Assembly: GCA_964204605.1 (NCBI GenBank)
Contig: OZ123195.1
Coordinates: forward strand, 419,357 to 483,356
Source: Bacteroidota bacterium
GTDB lineage: Bacteria; Bacteroidota; Ignavibacteria; Kapaibacteriales; UBA961
Length of the DNA: 64,000 nucleotides
Direction of reading: 5' to 3'
Part shown: in pieces, positions 1 to 9,511 of the stretch
Position numbering within the stretch: the stretch's first letter is position 1
Layout: each line of letters opens with the position of its first letter
Notes under the pieces: generated by a model
Database searches by the model: none
Told to the model about the DNA's origin: nothing
Seen by the model: only the letters and a program-made list of their open reading frames with translations
Program-made: the position numbers and the translations under genes

Positions 1-1
1 G

Positions 2-340
2 GTTGATGCAACAAAATGCATATCATATTGGACAATTGAAACGAAGCCAGATATACAAATTCCTGATGCCATCTCAGAAAATCTACAACAGTGGGTATTC
101 GGATGTGATATATGTCAAGAAGTGTGCCCCTGGAATACATTCCAAAAAGAAACAAATAAAGAACTGTTTTTCCCAAGAAATAATGAGATATCCTTGTCAC
201 TAGATGCAATCGCATCTATGACACAAGAAGAATTTTCGACTAGATTTAAAAAAAGTCCGATTAAAAGAACTAAGCTTGCAGGTTTGAAAAGAAATGCTGA
301 AGCGCTACTAAGTAATAATACAAAAGACAATCCACTATGA
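2..340 (+). CDS. queG: tRNA epoxyqueuosine(34) reductase QueG, C-terminal part (5' truncated by the window edge)
   Basis: Frame from position 2 reads VDATKCISYWTIE...WVFGCDICQEVCPWN...SPIKRTKLAGLKRNA, the QueG 4Fe-4S motif and C-terminus. The ORF track starts it artificially at 122. Confidence 0.9.
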   Translation, partial: VDATKCISYWTIETKPDIQIPDAISENLQQWVFGCDICQEVCPWNTFQKETNKELFFPRNNEISLSLDAIASMTQEEFSTRFKKSPIKRTKLAGLKRNAEALLSNNTKDNPL

Positions 341-1194
341 TAAGAACAATACAAAAAATAGAGCAATCCATGATTATTAATGAAGGTGGATTGCAGATGA
401 AACAACCTTTGCCAACCAACAGTTTAAAAGAAATTGATCCATTTGTATTATTACATCATCATGGACCAATGCAATGTGAAAAAGGATTCGAATTACCTTT
501 TGGGGCACATCCACATCGGGGATTTGAAACAGTAACTATCATTTATAATGGTGATATCGAACATAAGGATTCATTAGGTACATCAAGTATTATTCGTACC
601 GGTGGTATTCAGTGGATGACAGCAGGTTCAGGCATCATTCATTCAGAAAATGTATCTGAATCATTTAAAGAGAATGGTGGTGAATTAGAAATTATACAAT
701 TATGGATTAATTTGCCATCCACCTTAAAAATGACTCCTCCTGTATATCAGGGTATTCAATCGGAAAAATTGCCTTTAATATCTTTGAATCAGCATGCTAT
801 AATGAAATTGATAAGTGGTACTTATAATTCGGTACAAAGCCCCGTAATTTCTATAACAGATATTTTTTTATCAACAATATCAATACTAGAAAACACACAC
901 ATTCAGCTTCAAGTACCTGAAACTTTATCTATTCTTTTTTATGTGAAAAAAGGAAATGTTCAGATTCAAAATGAAAACATCATGCAGCATTCACTCATAC
1001 ATTTCAATGATAAAGGTAATACAATAATGTTTGATGCTTCAGAAGGTACTGAAATCCTTTTTGGATATGGAAATCCATACCATGAACCAATTGTAGCTCG
1101 AGGCCCATTTGTTATGAATTCTTTCAATGAAATTAATCAAGCAATTGATGATTATCATGCAGGAAATATGGGGAATATAGATCTATCTCTTTAA
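337..1194 (+). CDS. Pirin family (bicupin) protein
   Basis: DPFVLL, HPHRGFETVT, QWMTAGSGIIHSE, QLWINLP and GPFVMN motifs; ATGA overlap with queG. Confidence 0.92.
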   Translation: MIRTIQKIEQSMIINEGGLQMKQPLPTNSLKEIDPFVLLHHHGPMQCEKGFELPFGAHPHRGFETVTIIYNGDIEHKDSLGTSSIIRTGGIQWMTAGSGIIHSENVSESFKENGGELEIIQLWINLPSTLKMTPPVYQGIQSEKLPLISLNQHAIMKLISGTYNSVQSPVISITDIFLSTISILENTHIQLQVPETLSILFYVKKGNVQIQNENIMQHSLIHFNDKGNTIMFDASEGTEILFGYGNPYHEPIVARGPFVMNSFNEINQAIDDYHAGNMGNIDLSL

Positions 1195-1275
1195 CTATTA
1201 TACTTTTTTACATAGAAATAAATTATTTACTTAGTATCTTAAAAAAAACAATGTTTTTAATACTAAAGATATTTG

Positions 1276-1283
1276 TATTTTTG
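1276..1283 (+). promoter_or_regulatory. Bacteroidota-type -7 promoter element (TAnnTTTG)
   Basis: TATTTTTG about 35 nt upstream of ATG 1318 at the head of the TPR operon. Confidence 0.5.
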
Positions 1284-1317
1284 GAGTGCAGCATATATCC
1301 AACCCCACGAAACATCT

Positions 1318-4300
1318 ATGAAACGATTGCTTTTTTCGGCAATGTTTGCATTAGTGCATGTTATTGCAAACAGTCAAATTGCAGACCCACAAATTTCTTA
1401 TGGGCCAAAGATTCTATTGCAAACTGATGCTTTGCTTCAAGAAGGAAATCTTATTGAATCAAGGGAACATATAAGAACATATCTTAAAGATTTTAGTGAT
1501 GGGGTATACGCAGACGAAGCTAGGATATTACAAGCAATCATTTTGAGGGAGCAAGCTGATTATTCTTATGCAGATAAGTCTTTAGCTGATTTTATACAAC
1601 AAAGAAACAATTCCAAGTTTATACCAATTGCATGGTTCGAGCGTGCAGCAATAGCATTTCATAAAGGAGATTTAGTAATTTCTATAGATTACTTTCATCA
1701 AGCTTCAAAGAATGCTAATAATCTACTAGAGACAGATAAAAATTATTTTAAAAACATAAGTGGATCTGCAATTTATTGGCAAGGTATAGCACATGCGAAA
1801 TTAGGGAATATAGAACAATCGATAGTTTTTCTTACAGAGTGTCAAAAACTATTTCCTGATCATTCATTAGCTGATGATGCATTATATTTTAGGGCTCAAT
1901 TAGCCGAAAGAGAGTTAAAATTGCAGCAATCAGGTGTTTTATATGCTGAGCTTTTAAGTAGATATCAATATAGTAATACAGTTTTAAGTTCTGCAATTCG
2001 TGCAGCAAATGTAAAAGTAGCATTAAAAGAACCTAATGCAGCAATTGTATTCTTAGATCAAGCTCATAATATTGTACGTCGAATATCACAAAAAGATTCA
2101 ATTGGATTGATGTATGAAAATCAAGTACATTCTGAAGCATCTGATCAAGAAATACAATTTTTGCGTATAGAAGCACTTACATTATCGGGGCAATACCAAA
2201 GTAGCCATAGTATGGCTAAAGAATTTATACGCGTATTTGCTTCTTCTTCTTTGAAACCCGAAGTATGGATGGCTGCTGGTTATAGTACACTTCAATTAAA
2301 AGAGTATCAATTATCAGAACAATATTATAAAACAGTAATTGATTCAGTTCCAGATGATCAATCATTGATTAAGCAAGGTGCAAAATTATATCATGCAATC
2401 GTTCTCAAGGCATTACAAAAAAGGGAAGAAGCAAAAAAAGAATTGTCATTATTAAATGCGCAAATTGGATATCCATATATATCTCAATCTTTATTAGAAT
2501 ATGGGCAAATCGCTTATGAAGATAAAGAATTAGAAATAGCAAAAAAAGCCTTACAGAAAGCAGAAAGAGAGACTACCGATAAAACAGTACTTGTTAAGAT
2601 TAATCTCTTACTTGGAAGTATATTTTTAGATTTAGAAATGTATGGTAAGGCAGCCAGAGAATATGCATCAGCTGAAAGAAATGCAATAACACTTTCTGAT
2701 ATTTCATTACCTAATAGAGAAAATATATTAGCAGAAATTAGATTGAAAAATGGAGTATCACTGCATCAAAATGAACAATATCAAGATGCTGCAATTGAAC
2801 TTTCTACATTTTTAGGTGAACATAAAAGTGATATACGCAAAGATGAAGCATTGTTTTGGTTGGCTGAGTCGTATTTCAGATTAGATTTATTGAAAAATGC
2901 CGAAGAATTTTATAATCAATTGATTTCGGATTTTCCAAAGAGCAAAAGAGTTGAAGAAAGTATGTATGCATTAGCTTGGACTTATTTTAGGACAAGAGAT
3001 TTCAATAAAAGCAATACGGCTTTTTCTTCATTATTAAAGAAATATCCAGATTCACGATTTGCAGCAGAAAGTTGGGCAAGAAAGGCGGATGGATTTTATA
3101 TCCAAAAACAATTTAAAGAAGCTTCTACTGCATATAAAACCGCATATAAGGCCTTACCAAATTCTGAAGAAGGGCAATATTCTGCATATCAATATGGACA
3201 AGCTTTATATAGAATAAATGATTTTGATGGGGCATTGCAAGCATTTAGGACATTTATACGATCTCATTCAAAATCATCTTTGGCTCCTTCTGCATCATAT
3301 TCATTAGGTTGGACACATTTTCAGCAAAAAAAGTATGCTGAAGCAATCGAAGATTTTAAAGATTTGATTAGCTCTTATCCATCTAGTCCATTATGTGCAA
3401 GAGCCCATTATACTATTGGGGATGCATATTATAATATGGAGCAATATGAAAAAGCAATCACTGAATATTCAATTGTTAAAAACTCATATGCTCAATCACC
3501 ATTAGCGGGTGAATCAGTTAAAAGTATTCAGTATTGTTTGGAATTTTTGGGAAGAAATCAAGAAGCAGATCAAATAGTAGATGAATTTGTAAAAGCACAT
3601 CCTGAGTCCGATGCAGCTAAAGATTTACTGATGAATAAAGGATTGAGCTTTTTTAATAGACAAAATTTTCAAAGCGCAATTAGTGAATATGAATCGTTTC
3701 TGAAGTCAAATAATGATAAAGAAAGGAATGCCGAAGCTTTGTTTTATTTAGGAAAAAGTTATGCTAGTTTAGGTGAATCTTCCAAAGCAGAATCTTCTTA
3801 TAAAGATGTGTATGCATCATATCCTAAAAGTGAATTTGCACCTTTGGCATTACTTGAAATAGGATTACTCAAACAAAAATCTCAATTGCTTAGGGATGCC
3901 GACACAGCATTTATGAAGTTAATGGATGAATTTCCGAATAGCAATTCAGCAGCTCAAGCTGGATATGAAAGAGCCCAAATTGCTGTGTCGTTTACTGATA
4001 CTCTTAAATCATTACGCTTATTTACAGAAATTGCTGACAAGTTTATAAGCGCTGAATATGGAGATCAGTCAAGATATAAGATAGCTATGTACTATAGATC
4101 AAAAGGAATATTAGATAGTGCAAGAGTACATTTTGGAAAGCTTATTGATAGAATCGAAAATATTTCAATTGCAGCCGAAGCCCAATATAGAATTGGCGAA
4201 TCATGGCTGAAACAAAAAGAAATAGGAAATGCAATAGAAGCATTTAATCAAGTAAGACAAAAATTTAGCAATATTGAAGATTGGTTTACATTGTCTTTAC

Positions 4301-4443
4301 TGGGATTAGGGGAAAGCTATGAACAAGTAAAAAATATTGAAGCAGCAATCGAAGTCTATCAAACGCTATCAACACTGAGGGCAGATGATGATTTTGGAAA
4401 AGCAGCGCAAGCAAAACTTAAGAAATATGGGAGGGCCCGATAA
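1318..4443 (+). CDS. Large periplasmic tetratricopeptide-repeat protein (BamD/CpoB-like repeats)
   Basis: Signal peptide MKRLLFSAMFALVHVIANS-Q; many TPR units ending in motifs such as FPDHSLADDA, YPDSRFAAES and YPKSEFAPLA. ATG 1318 preferred over TTG 1273. Confidence 0.85.
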   Translation: MKRLLFSAMFALVHVIANSQIADPQISYGPKILLQTDALLQEGNLIESREHIRTYLKDFSDGVYADEARILQAIILREQADYSYADKSLADFIQQRNNSKFIPIAWFERAAIAFHKGDLVISIDYFHQASKNANNLLETDKNYFKNISGSAIYWQGIAHAKLGNIEQSIVFLTECQKLFPDHSLADDALYFRAQLAERELKLQQSGVLYAELLSRYQYSNTVLSSAIRAANVKVALKEPNAAIVFLDQAHNIVRRISQKDSIGLMYENQVHSEASDQEIQFLRIEALTLSGQYQSSHSMAKEFIRVFASSSLKPEVWMAAGYSTLQLKEYQLSEQYYKTVIDSVPDDQSLIKQGAKLYHAIVLKALQKREEAKKELSLLNAQIGYPYISQSLLEYGQIAYEDKELEIAKKALQKAERETTDKTVLVKINLLLGSIFLDLEMYGKAAREYASAERNAITLSDISLPNRENILAEIRLKNGVSLHQNEQYQDAAIELSTFLGEHKSDIRKDEALFWLAESYFRLDLLKNAEEFYNQLISDFPKSKRVEESMYALAWTYFRTRDFNKSNTAFSSLLKKYPDSRFAAESWARKADGFYIQKQFKEASTAYKTAYKALPNSEEGQYSAYQYGQALYRINDFDGALQAFRTFIRSHSKSSLAPSASYSLGWTHFQQKKYAEAIEDFKDLISSYPSSPLCARAHYTIGDAYYNMEQYEKAITEYSIVKNSYAQSPLAGESVKSIQYCLEFLGRNQEADQIVDEFVKAHPESDAAKDLLMNKGLSFFNRQNFQSAISEYESFLKSNNDKERNAEALFYLGKSYASLGESSKAESSYKDVYASYPKSEFAPLALLEIGLLKQKSQLLRDADTAFMKLMDEFPNSNSAAQAGYERAQIAVSFTDTLKSLRLFTEIADKFISAEYGDQSRYKIAMYYRSKGILDSARVHFGKLIDRIENISIAAEAQYRIGESWLKQKEIGNAIEAFNQVRQKFSNIEDWFTLSLLGLGESYEQVKNIEAAIEVYQTLSTLRADDDFGKAAQAKLKKYGRAR

Positions 4444-6044
4444 TGAAACTATTCATAGTATGTATGGTATTTCCTATAGTTATCTGTGCTCAACAACAAA
4501 GTCAAAACAATACTGTTCAACCGATTGATTTACAGGAATTTGTTATCACCGGCAAAGCTAGTGCAGAAATAAAAGGTGGAATTAAACAAAAGCCCTTGAA
4601 ACCACAATCACTTAAACAAACAGAATTAGATTCAATAAATACGAATGAAAAAATACCAGCACCTTTATTGTCAGTGTTAACATTACCAATAAGTACATTC
4701 AAAAAAAATATATCGATAACCTCTGTTCAAGCTGAAATCGGCCAATTTTATACTCCAAAAATAATTGGATTATATACATTTGAAGAATTAGGATATTCGG
4801 TAGATGCATTAGGATATTATGAAGGAAGTAAAGGGCATATTCAAAATGCTGATTATAGTAAAGTAAAGCTAGCAATTAATGCAAGTTATGATGCTCCTAA
4901 AAAGTTCGTTTTCTTTGGAGGCAGCAGAACTGAATCTTCTTTCACAGTATTAAGAAATGGTTATTCTTTTTTTGGAATGGATTCTTCTGTAGATCGATCA
5001 ATACTAGGCGTAAAGGCACATGCACATACTAAAGGAAATTATCAGGAATATACCTACAGCACCGGTGCGGAGTGGAATATGCTTCGATGCGAAACTAATA
5101 TGAAGCAAAGTAATGATTCCAGAATTATGGGATTTCTAGATATTTCAAGACCACTTGGAACTATGAATTATGGGGCTAAAGCATCAGTTGATTTACATTC
5201 TTTTCGAGAAAACTCATCATATAATATGATACAATTAGGTGGATATACTAAGTTTACATATATGGACATTCAATCAGATATATCCGTAGATCTTCAATCA
5301 GCTACAAATTCTCTAGATATTTCATTAGGCGGAGTACTTATTACATATAATGCACAATATCAAATGTCTGAAGATATAACCGTTTTTGGCTTTTTACAAA
5401 GCGGATTAAGTGCAAATTCTTTTCAAGACATAGTCCAGAATAATCCATATATCATAGATTCATCAGTAATATCATTTAGAAGAGATATCATACATGTAAA
5501 ACCATCCTTCATGTATCAACCAACAGCCAAAACAAGCATACACACATCAATTGATTATAGGATCAGTTCAGATATGCCTATTTATATTCCAAATTCATTA
5601 GAAAGAAGTAACTATTCTGGATATGCCATAGAATATGTAGGTGCTCAAGTATTAACTCTTTCCTCTGAGTTATTATGGAAACCCAATGATGCTATGTCAT
5701 TTAGTGGACTATGTGCTATTACCAATAGTCAATTATCAGATTTTGAGGGATCAGTTCCATTATTGCCCTCAATGAAGGCTGGAGTTACTTGGGATATGAA
5801 GTGGAATAATGATATTCAAAGTATATTTTCTGCAGAGTATATTGGCAAAAGATCAATTGATAAACAGTCGACAATATCCCTACCAGCATATATTATGGTA
5901 AATGTACAATGCAATTATGCTTTGCCATATAATATGAAAGGATATATTCGATTAGATAATATATTAAATTCAAAAGTATATTTGTGGAATAGTTTTCAGG
6001 AACGTGGTATTTTTATAGCATTAGGCCTAAAATATTCCCTTTAA
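4443..6044 (+). CDS. Outer-membrane beta-barrel protein, TonB-dependent-receptor-like but short
   Basis: Signal peptide ending ICA-Q; TonB-box-like LQEFVITG; C-terminus RLDNILN...GIFIALGLKYSL typical of TBDR last strands; TAATG coupling to the TPR gene. Confidence 0.65.
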   Translation: MKLFIVCMVFPIVICAQQQSQNNTVQPIDLQEFVITGKASAEIKGGIKQKPLKPQSLKQTELDSINTNEKIPAPLLSVLTLPISTFKKNISITSVQAEIGQFYTPKIIGLYTFEELGYSVDALGYYEGSKGHIQNADYSKVKLAINASYDAPKKFVFFGGSRTESSFTVLRNGYSFFGMDSSVDRSILGVKAHAHTKGNYQEYTYSTGAEWNMLRCETNMKQSNDSRIMGFLDISRPLGTMNYGAKASVDLHSFRENSSYNMIQLGGYTKFTYMDIQSDISVDLQSATNSLDISLGGVLITYNAQYQMSEDITVFGFLQSGLSANSFQDIVQNNPYIIDSSVISFRRDIIHVKPSFMYQPTAKTSIHTSIDYRISSDMPIYIPNSLERSNYSGYAIEYVGAQVLTLSSELLWKPNDAMSFSGLCAITNSQLSDFEGSVPLLPSMKAGVTWDMKWNNDIQSIFSAEYIGKRSIDKQSTISLPAYIMVNVQCNYALPYNMKGYIRLDNILNSKVYLWNSFQERGIFIALGLKYSL

Positions 6045-6063
6045 TTAAACTGAATGGCGGCAT

Positions 6064-7149
6064 ATGAATGATGATATAAACCCAAATACAAATCCCGATA
6101 ATTTCGGAGGATTTGATGATTCGGATGGACAAACATTTTCCGGTTCTGGTTCGTCTAAAAATTCATCCCTAGGAAAAAGTTCTATGAATTCTGAACAAAA
6201 TCAAGATAAGCCATTTTCAGGTACAATCAATTCTGAAAAAAAAGGTGGCTTTATATCATATATAAATCCAGAATCAAGTACGATGTCTTCAGATGATCAA
6301 GCACCAAAGAATTCTGGAAATAATTGGATCAAAGTAATAGCAGCAATTTTATTGATTTCTGGACTAATCTACTTTTTGATTCCTGATTCACCTAAAAGTC
6401 AGCCTGAAATTGTAATAGACACTACAGTGCAAACTGAAAATAATGAAGGCTCAAATCCTGATGTCGTAGAGATTGATTCTCAAGTTGTTATTCTAAGAAA
6501 TACAATTATTCAAGATTCTATAACAAGAGTTCAAGATTCTATAACAAGAGCAGAATTATCACAAGGCAAACCTTTAGATAATAATTCTTCCGAATCAATA
6601 TCTGATAGTAAACCTGTGATTGAAGAAAAAATTCAAGAAAAACCTCAATCTCCGAAGGTTAAATCTGATAAGGGTAAAAACAATAGAATAGTACTGAAAG
6701 ATGTGAAAGTTGTAGATAAAAAGGAAGATAAAGTTAAAAATAATAGCAAAGCAGATATTATCAAACAAACTTTTTTAGACCCAGCAACACCTTCAAAAGA
6801 GAAAATTACATCTAAGATAAATTCTAAGATTGAAGAAAAATTGAGTCCTAAATCAAAGGAAATCAATAAGTCAAATAAAGACTTAATAGTCAATAAAGAG
6901 ACAAAAAAGTCATCAGTTAAAGCTATTTACTCGGTACAAGTGTATGCTACTCCAAGTAAAGATGATGCAAATGAAGCATTGAAGAAGTTAAAATCTAGAG
7001 GTCAATCAAGTGCCTATATAAGTATGTATAAAAATAGAGGTACAAATTGGTATAGAGTTCGTTTTGGTGGTTTTGAAAGCAGAGAATCTGCGCAATCTGC
7101 TGCAAAAAAAGCAGGTTATAATCAAGCATGGATAGATAGACTTGAATAA
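6064..7149 (+). CDS. SPOR domain-containing single-pass membrane protein
   Basis: Disordered N-terminus, one TM helix (WIKVIAAILLISGLIYFLI), Lys-rich linker, C-terminal YSVQV...WYRVRFGGFESRESA SPOR domain. Confidence 0.88.
   Translation: MNDDINPNTNPDNFGGFDDSDGQTFSGSGSSKNSSLGKSSMNSEQNQDKPFSGTINSEKKGGFISYINPESSTMSSDDQAPKNSGNNWIKVIAAILLISGLIYFLIPDSPKSQPEIVIDTTVQTENNEGSNPDVVEIDSQVVILRNTIIQDSITRVQDSITRAELSQGKPLDNNSSESISDSKPVIEEKIQEKPQSPKVKSDKGKNNRIVLKDVKVVDKKEDKVKNNSKADIIKQTFLDPATPSKEKITSKINSKIEEKLSPKSKEINKSNKDLIVNKETKKSSVKAIYSVQVYATPSKDDANEALKKLKSRGQSSAYISMYKNRGTNWYRVRFGGFESRESAQSAAKKAGYNQAWIDRLE
6509..6550 (+). repeat. Exact 2 x 21 bp in-frame tandem repeat
   Basis: TTCAAGATTCTATAACAAGAG twice, encoding QDSITRV/QDSITRA. 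Confidence 0.9.
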
Positions 7150-7158
7150 AAATTTCCT

Positions 7159-7917
7159 ATGAGTTATCATGCAAGAAATACTGAAAATAATGCACGTGTA
7201 AATTTTGTTTTTATGTGGGACAAATTTACAGTAAGGGGCTTTGTGTATGCATTTATTTGTATGGTGATATTATTGATAATTTTTACATTTACCAAAGTAG
7301 TAATTGATCCAATCAAGATTGAACAAATTTCGCATCCAATAATTCTTCTCAATTTGGGTGAAGGAGATGGTACTGGTAAAAGAAAAGGTAATCTAACAGC
7401 CGAGGGTATTTCTTCATCAGGTAAAAAGCCATCTAATCCTCTAGAAGATGCTAGTAAAGATAATTCAGCATCTTCTGCAAATGATCCAACAAAAAGTAAT
7501 AGCTTGATTGCAAAAGATAAAGTTTCAGAAAGTAATAAAACTGATAAGGATAGTGTATCTGGTGGTGAAAAAACAATAGGGAATGGAGCTGGTGCTGGGA
7601 CTGGCCTTGGTGATAAGGGAATAGGAACTGGTTTAGGATTAGGATTAGGAGACATCGAATGGGGCGGTGGAGGTAATCGAACTGTATTAAGTAAAGTGTT
7701 ACCTAAAAGTCCTAATAAGCTTGATAGAAATGTCCAATTAAAAGTAAAGTTTACTGTATTAGCCGATGGCACAGTTGCAAATATGAAGCCAATGCAAAAA
7801 GGTGATCCATTACTTGAACAACAGTCATTAATGGCATTAAAGCGTTGGCGATTTAATAAGATAGCAGATGGTGTAGAAATGTCTGGAATAATAACATTTA
7901 GTTTTAAAATGGATTGA
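7159..7917 (+). CDS. TonB family energy transducer
   Basis: N-terminal TM helix, Gly-rich linker, TonB C-terminal domain (VKFTVLADGTV...ALKRWRF...GIITFSF). Confidence 0.82.
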   Translation: MSYHARNTENNARVNFVFMWDKFTVRGFVYAFICMVILLIIFTFTKVVIDPIKIEQISHPIILLNLGEGDGTGKRKGNLTAEGISSSGKKPSNPLEDASKDNSASSANDPTKSNSLIAKDKVSESNKTDKDSVSGGEKTIGNGAGAGTGLGDKGIGTGLGLGLGDIEWGGGGNRTVLSKVLPKSPNKLDRNVQLKVKFTVLADGTVANMKPMQKGDPLLEQQSLMALKRWRFNKIADGVEMSGIITFSFKMD

Positions 7918-7925
7918 AAGTATAA

Positions 7926-8111
7926 ATGGAACAGATATCAAGTATATATAATTGGTTTGTATCTTTAGGAGCTTTTCCTTTACTTATCATAGCGATTATT
8001 ATTATTGTCGTACTCTTCAAGTTAGCGCGGACATTCATTAAATTTGCATTCACCATTTGTGCACTCATAATTCTCATACTTGTTATCTTAAAACTAGTGA
8101 ATAATCAATAA
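7926..8111 (+). CDS. Small two-TM membrane protein of unknown function
   Basis: 61 aa with two hydrophobic helices; fills the gap in a co-directional operon. Confidence 0.6.
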   Translation: MEQISSIYNWFVSLGAFPLLIIAIIIIVVLFKLARTFIKFAFTICALIILILVILKLVNNQ

Positions 8112-8141
8112 TTCACTTACTCTATATAATCGGATTTTACC

Positions 8142-9482
8142 ATGGCTCAAACAATTGGAATAATTGGAACAGGATATGTAGGACTAGTTACCGGAACTTG
8201 TTTTGCAGAAAGTGGAAATACAGTGATATGTGTTGATGTTAATGTAGATAAAGTTAATAAGCTTAAGCTTGGTATCATGCCAATTTATGAACCTGGTTTA
8301 GAACATTTATTAGAAAGAAATATTAGTAATGGAAGATTGCATTTTACAAATGATCTTGAATATGCAACAAAATCATGTGAGATATTATTTCTTTGTTTAC
8401 CAACTCCGCCTGGCGAGGATGGATCTGCAGATTTAAATTATGTTCTGGACGCTGCTAAAGATATATCTGTTTTTATCAAATCAAATAATATTAAAGAACC
8501 TAGAATATTAGTAAATAAAAGCACTGTACCTGTGGCTACATCTGAAAGAGTTCGGGCGGTATGCCAACAATATGCTCCAGGATTTACTATAGAAATTGTT
8601 AGTAATCCAGAATTTCTCAGAGAAGGGTTTGCAGTTGAAGATTTTATGAAACCCGATAGAGTTGTAGTGGGAACTAGCAATGCATATGCAGAAAAAGCAA
8701 TGAAGGATTTATATGAACCATTTCTAAGAAGTGGTAATCCGATGTATGTTATGGACGAAAAAAGTGCAGAGATTACAAAATATGCAGCTAATTGTTTTTT
8801 AGCTATGAGAATCTCATTTATGAATGAATTGTCCGGTTATTGTGAAGCAATTGGTGCTGATATAGAAAATGTAAGAATTGGAATAGGTTCTGATACTAGA
8901 ATTGGCAAAAGATTCTTATTTGCTGGTATTGGTTATGGTGGAAGCTGTTTTCCAAAAGATGTAAAAGCATTACTATATTCTACAGATTCAGTAGGAACCC
9001 CCTTAGGTATCATACATGCAGTTGAAGCTGCTAATACATTCCAGACAGATAGATTTATACTTAATATCATGAACCGTTTAGGAAATCTTAAAGGCATTAA
9101 GATTGCAGTATGGGGTTTAGCTTTTAAGCCTAATACAGATGATGTAAGGGAAGCCCCTGCATATAAGATTATAGACTCATTACTGAAACAAGAAGCTAAT
9201 ATTCATGTCTATGATCCTGAAGCAATGCCAAATACAAAACATATATATGCAGATACTTTACATTATGGATCAAATTCATATGATGTACTGACAGACGCGG
9301 CAGTATTAATTATTGCAACAGAATGGAATGAGTTTAGAAAGCCAGACTTTGCTTTAATGAAACATAATATGGCAATGCCCATAATATTTGATGGAAGAAA
9401 TTTATATGAGCCAAATTCTATAGCTGATCTAGGATTTGAATATCATAGTATAGGAAGAAAAATAGTCGGATCTTTACAATAA
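8142..9482 (+). CDS. ugd: UDP-glucose 6-dehydrogenase
   Basis: GTGYVG Rossmann motif, NKSTVP, SNPEFLREG, GYGGSCFPKD, GLAFKPNTDDVRE, DGRN. Confidence 0.95.
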   Translation: MAQTIGIIGTGYVGLVTGTCFAESGNTVICVDVNVDKVNKLKLGIMPIYEPGLEHLLERNISNGRLHFTNDLEYATKSCEILFLCLPTPPGEDGSADLNYVLDAAKDISVFIKSNNIKEPRILVNKSTVPVATSERVRAVCQQYAPGFTIEIVSNPEFLREGFAVEDFMKPDRVVVGTSNAYAEKAMKDLYEPFLRSGNPMYVMDEKSAEITKYAANCFLAMRISFMNELSGYCEAIGADIENVRIGIGSDTRIGKRFLFAGIGYGGSCFPKDVKALLYSTDSVGTPLGIIHAVEAANTFQTDRFILNIMNRLGNLKGIKIAVWGLAFKPNTDDVREAPAYKIIDSLLKQEANIHVYDPEAMPNTKHIYADTLHYGSNSYDVLTDAAVLIIATEWNEFRKPDFALMKHNMAMPIIFDGRNLYEPNSIADLGFEYHSIGRKIVGSLQ

Positions 9483-9511
9483 GTACTGATTATCTCACCT
9501 TTAGATGATAT

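Noticed and set aside
3-203. 66-aa plus-strand ORF at the window start
   Set aside because: Wrong frame; the real coding frame begins at position 2 and encodes the QueG C-terminus.
7167-7772. 201-aa Pro-rich antisense ORF
   Set aside because: It is the shadow of the Gly-rich TonB gene. The same applies to the other short antisense or nested ORFs inside ugd, pyrG, icd, the VWA gene, ccmF, sdhA, fbaB and gyrA.
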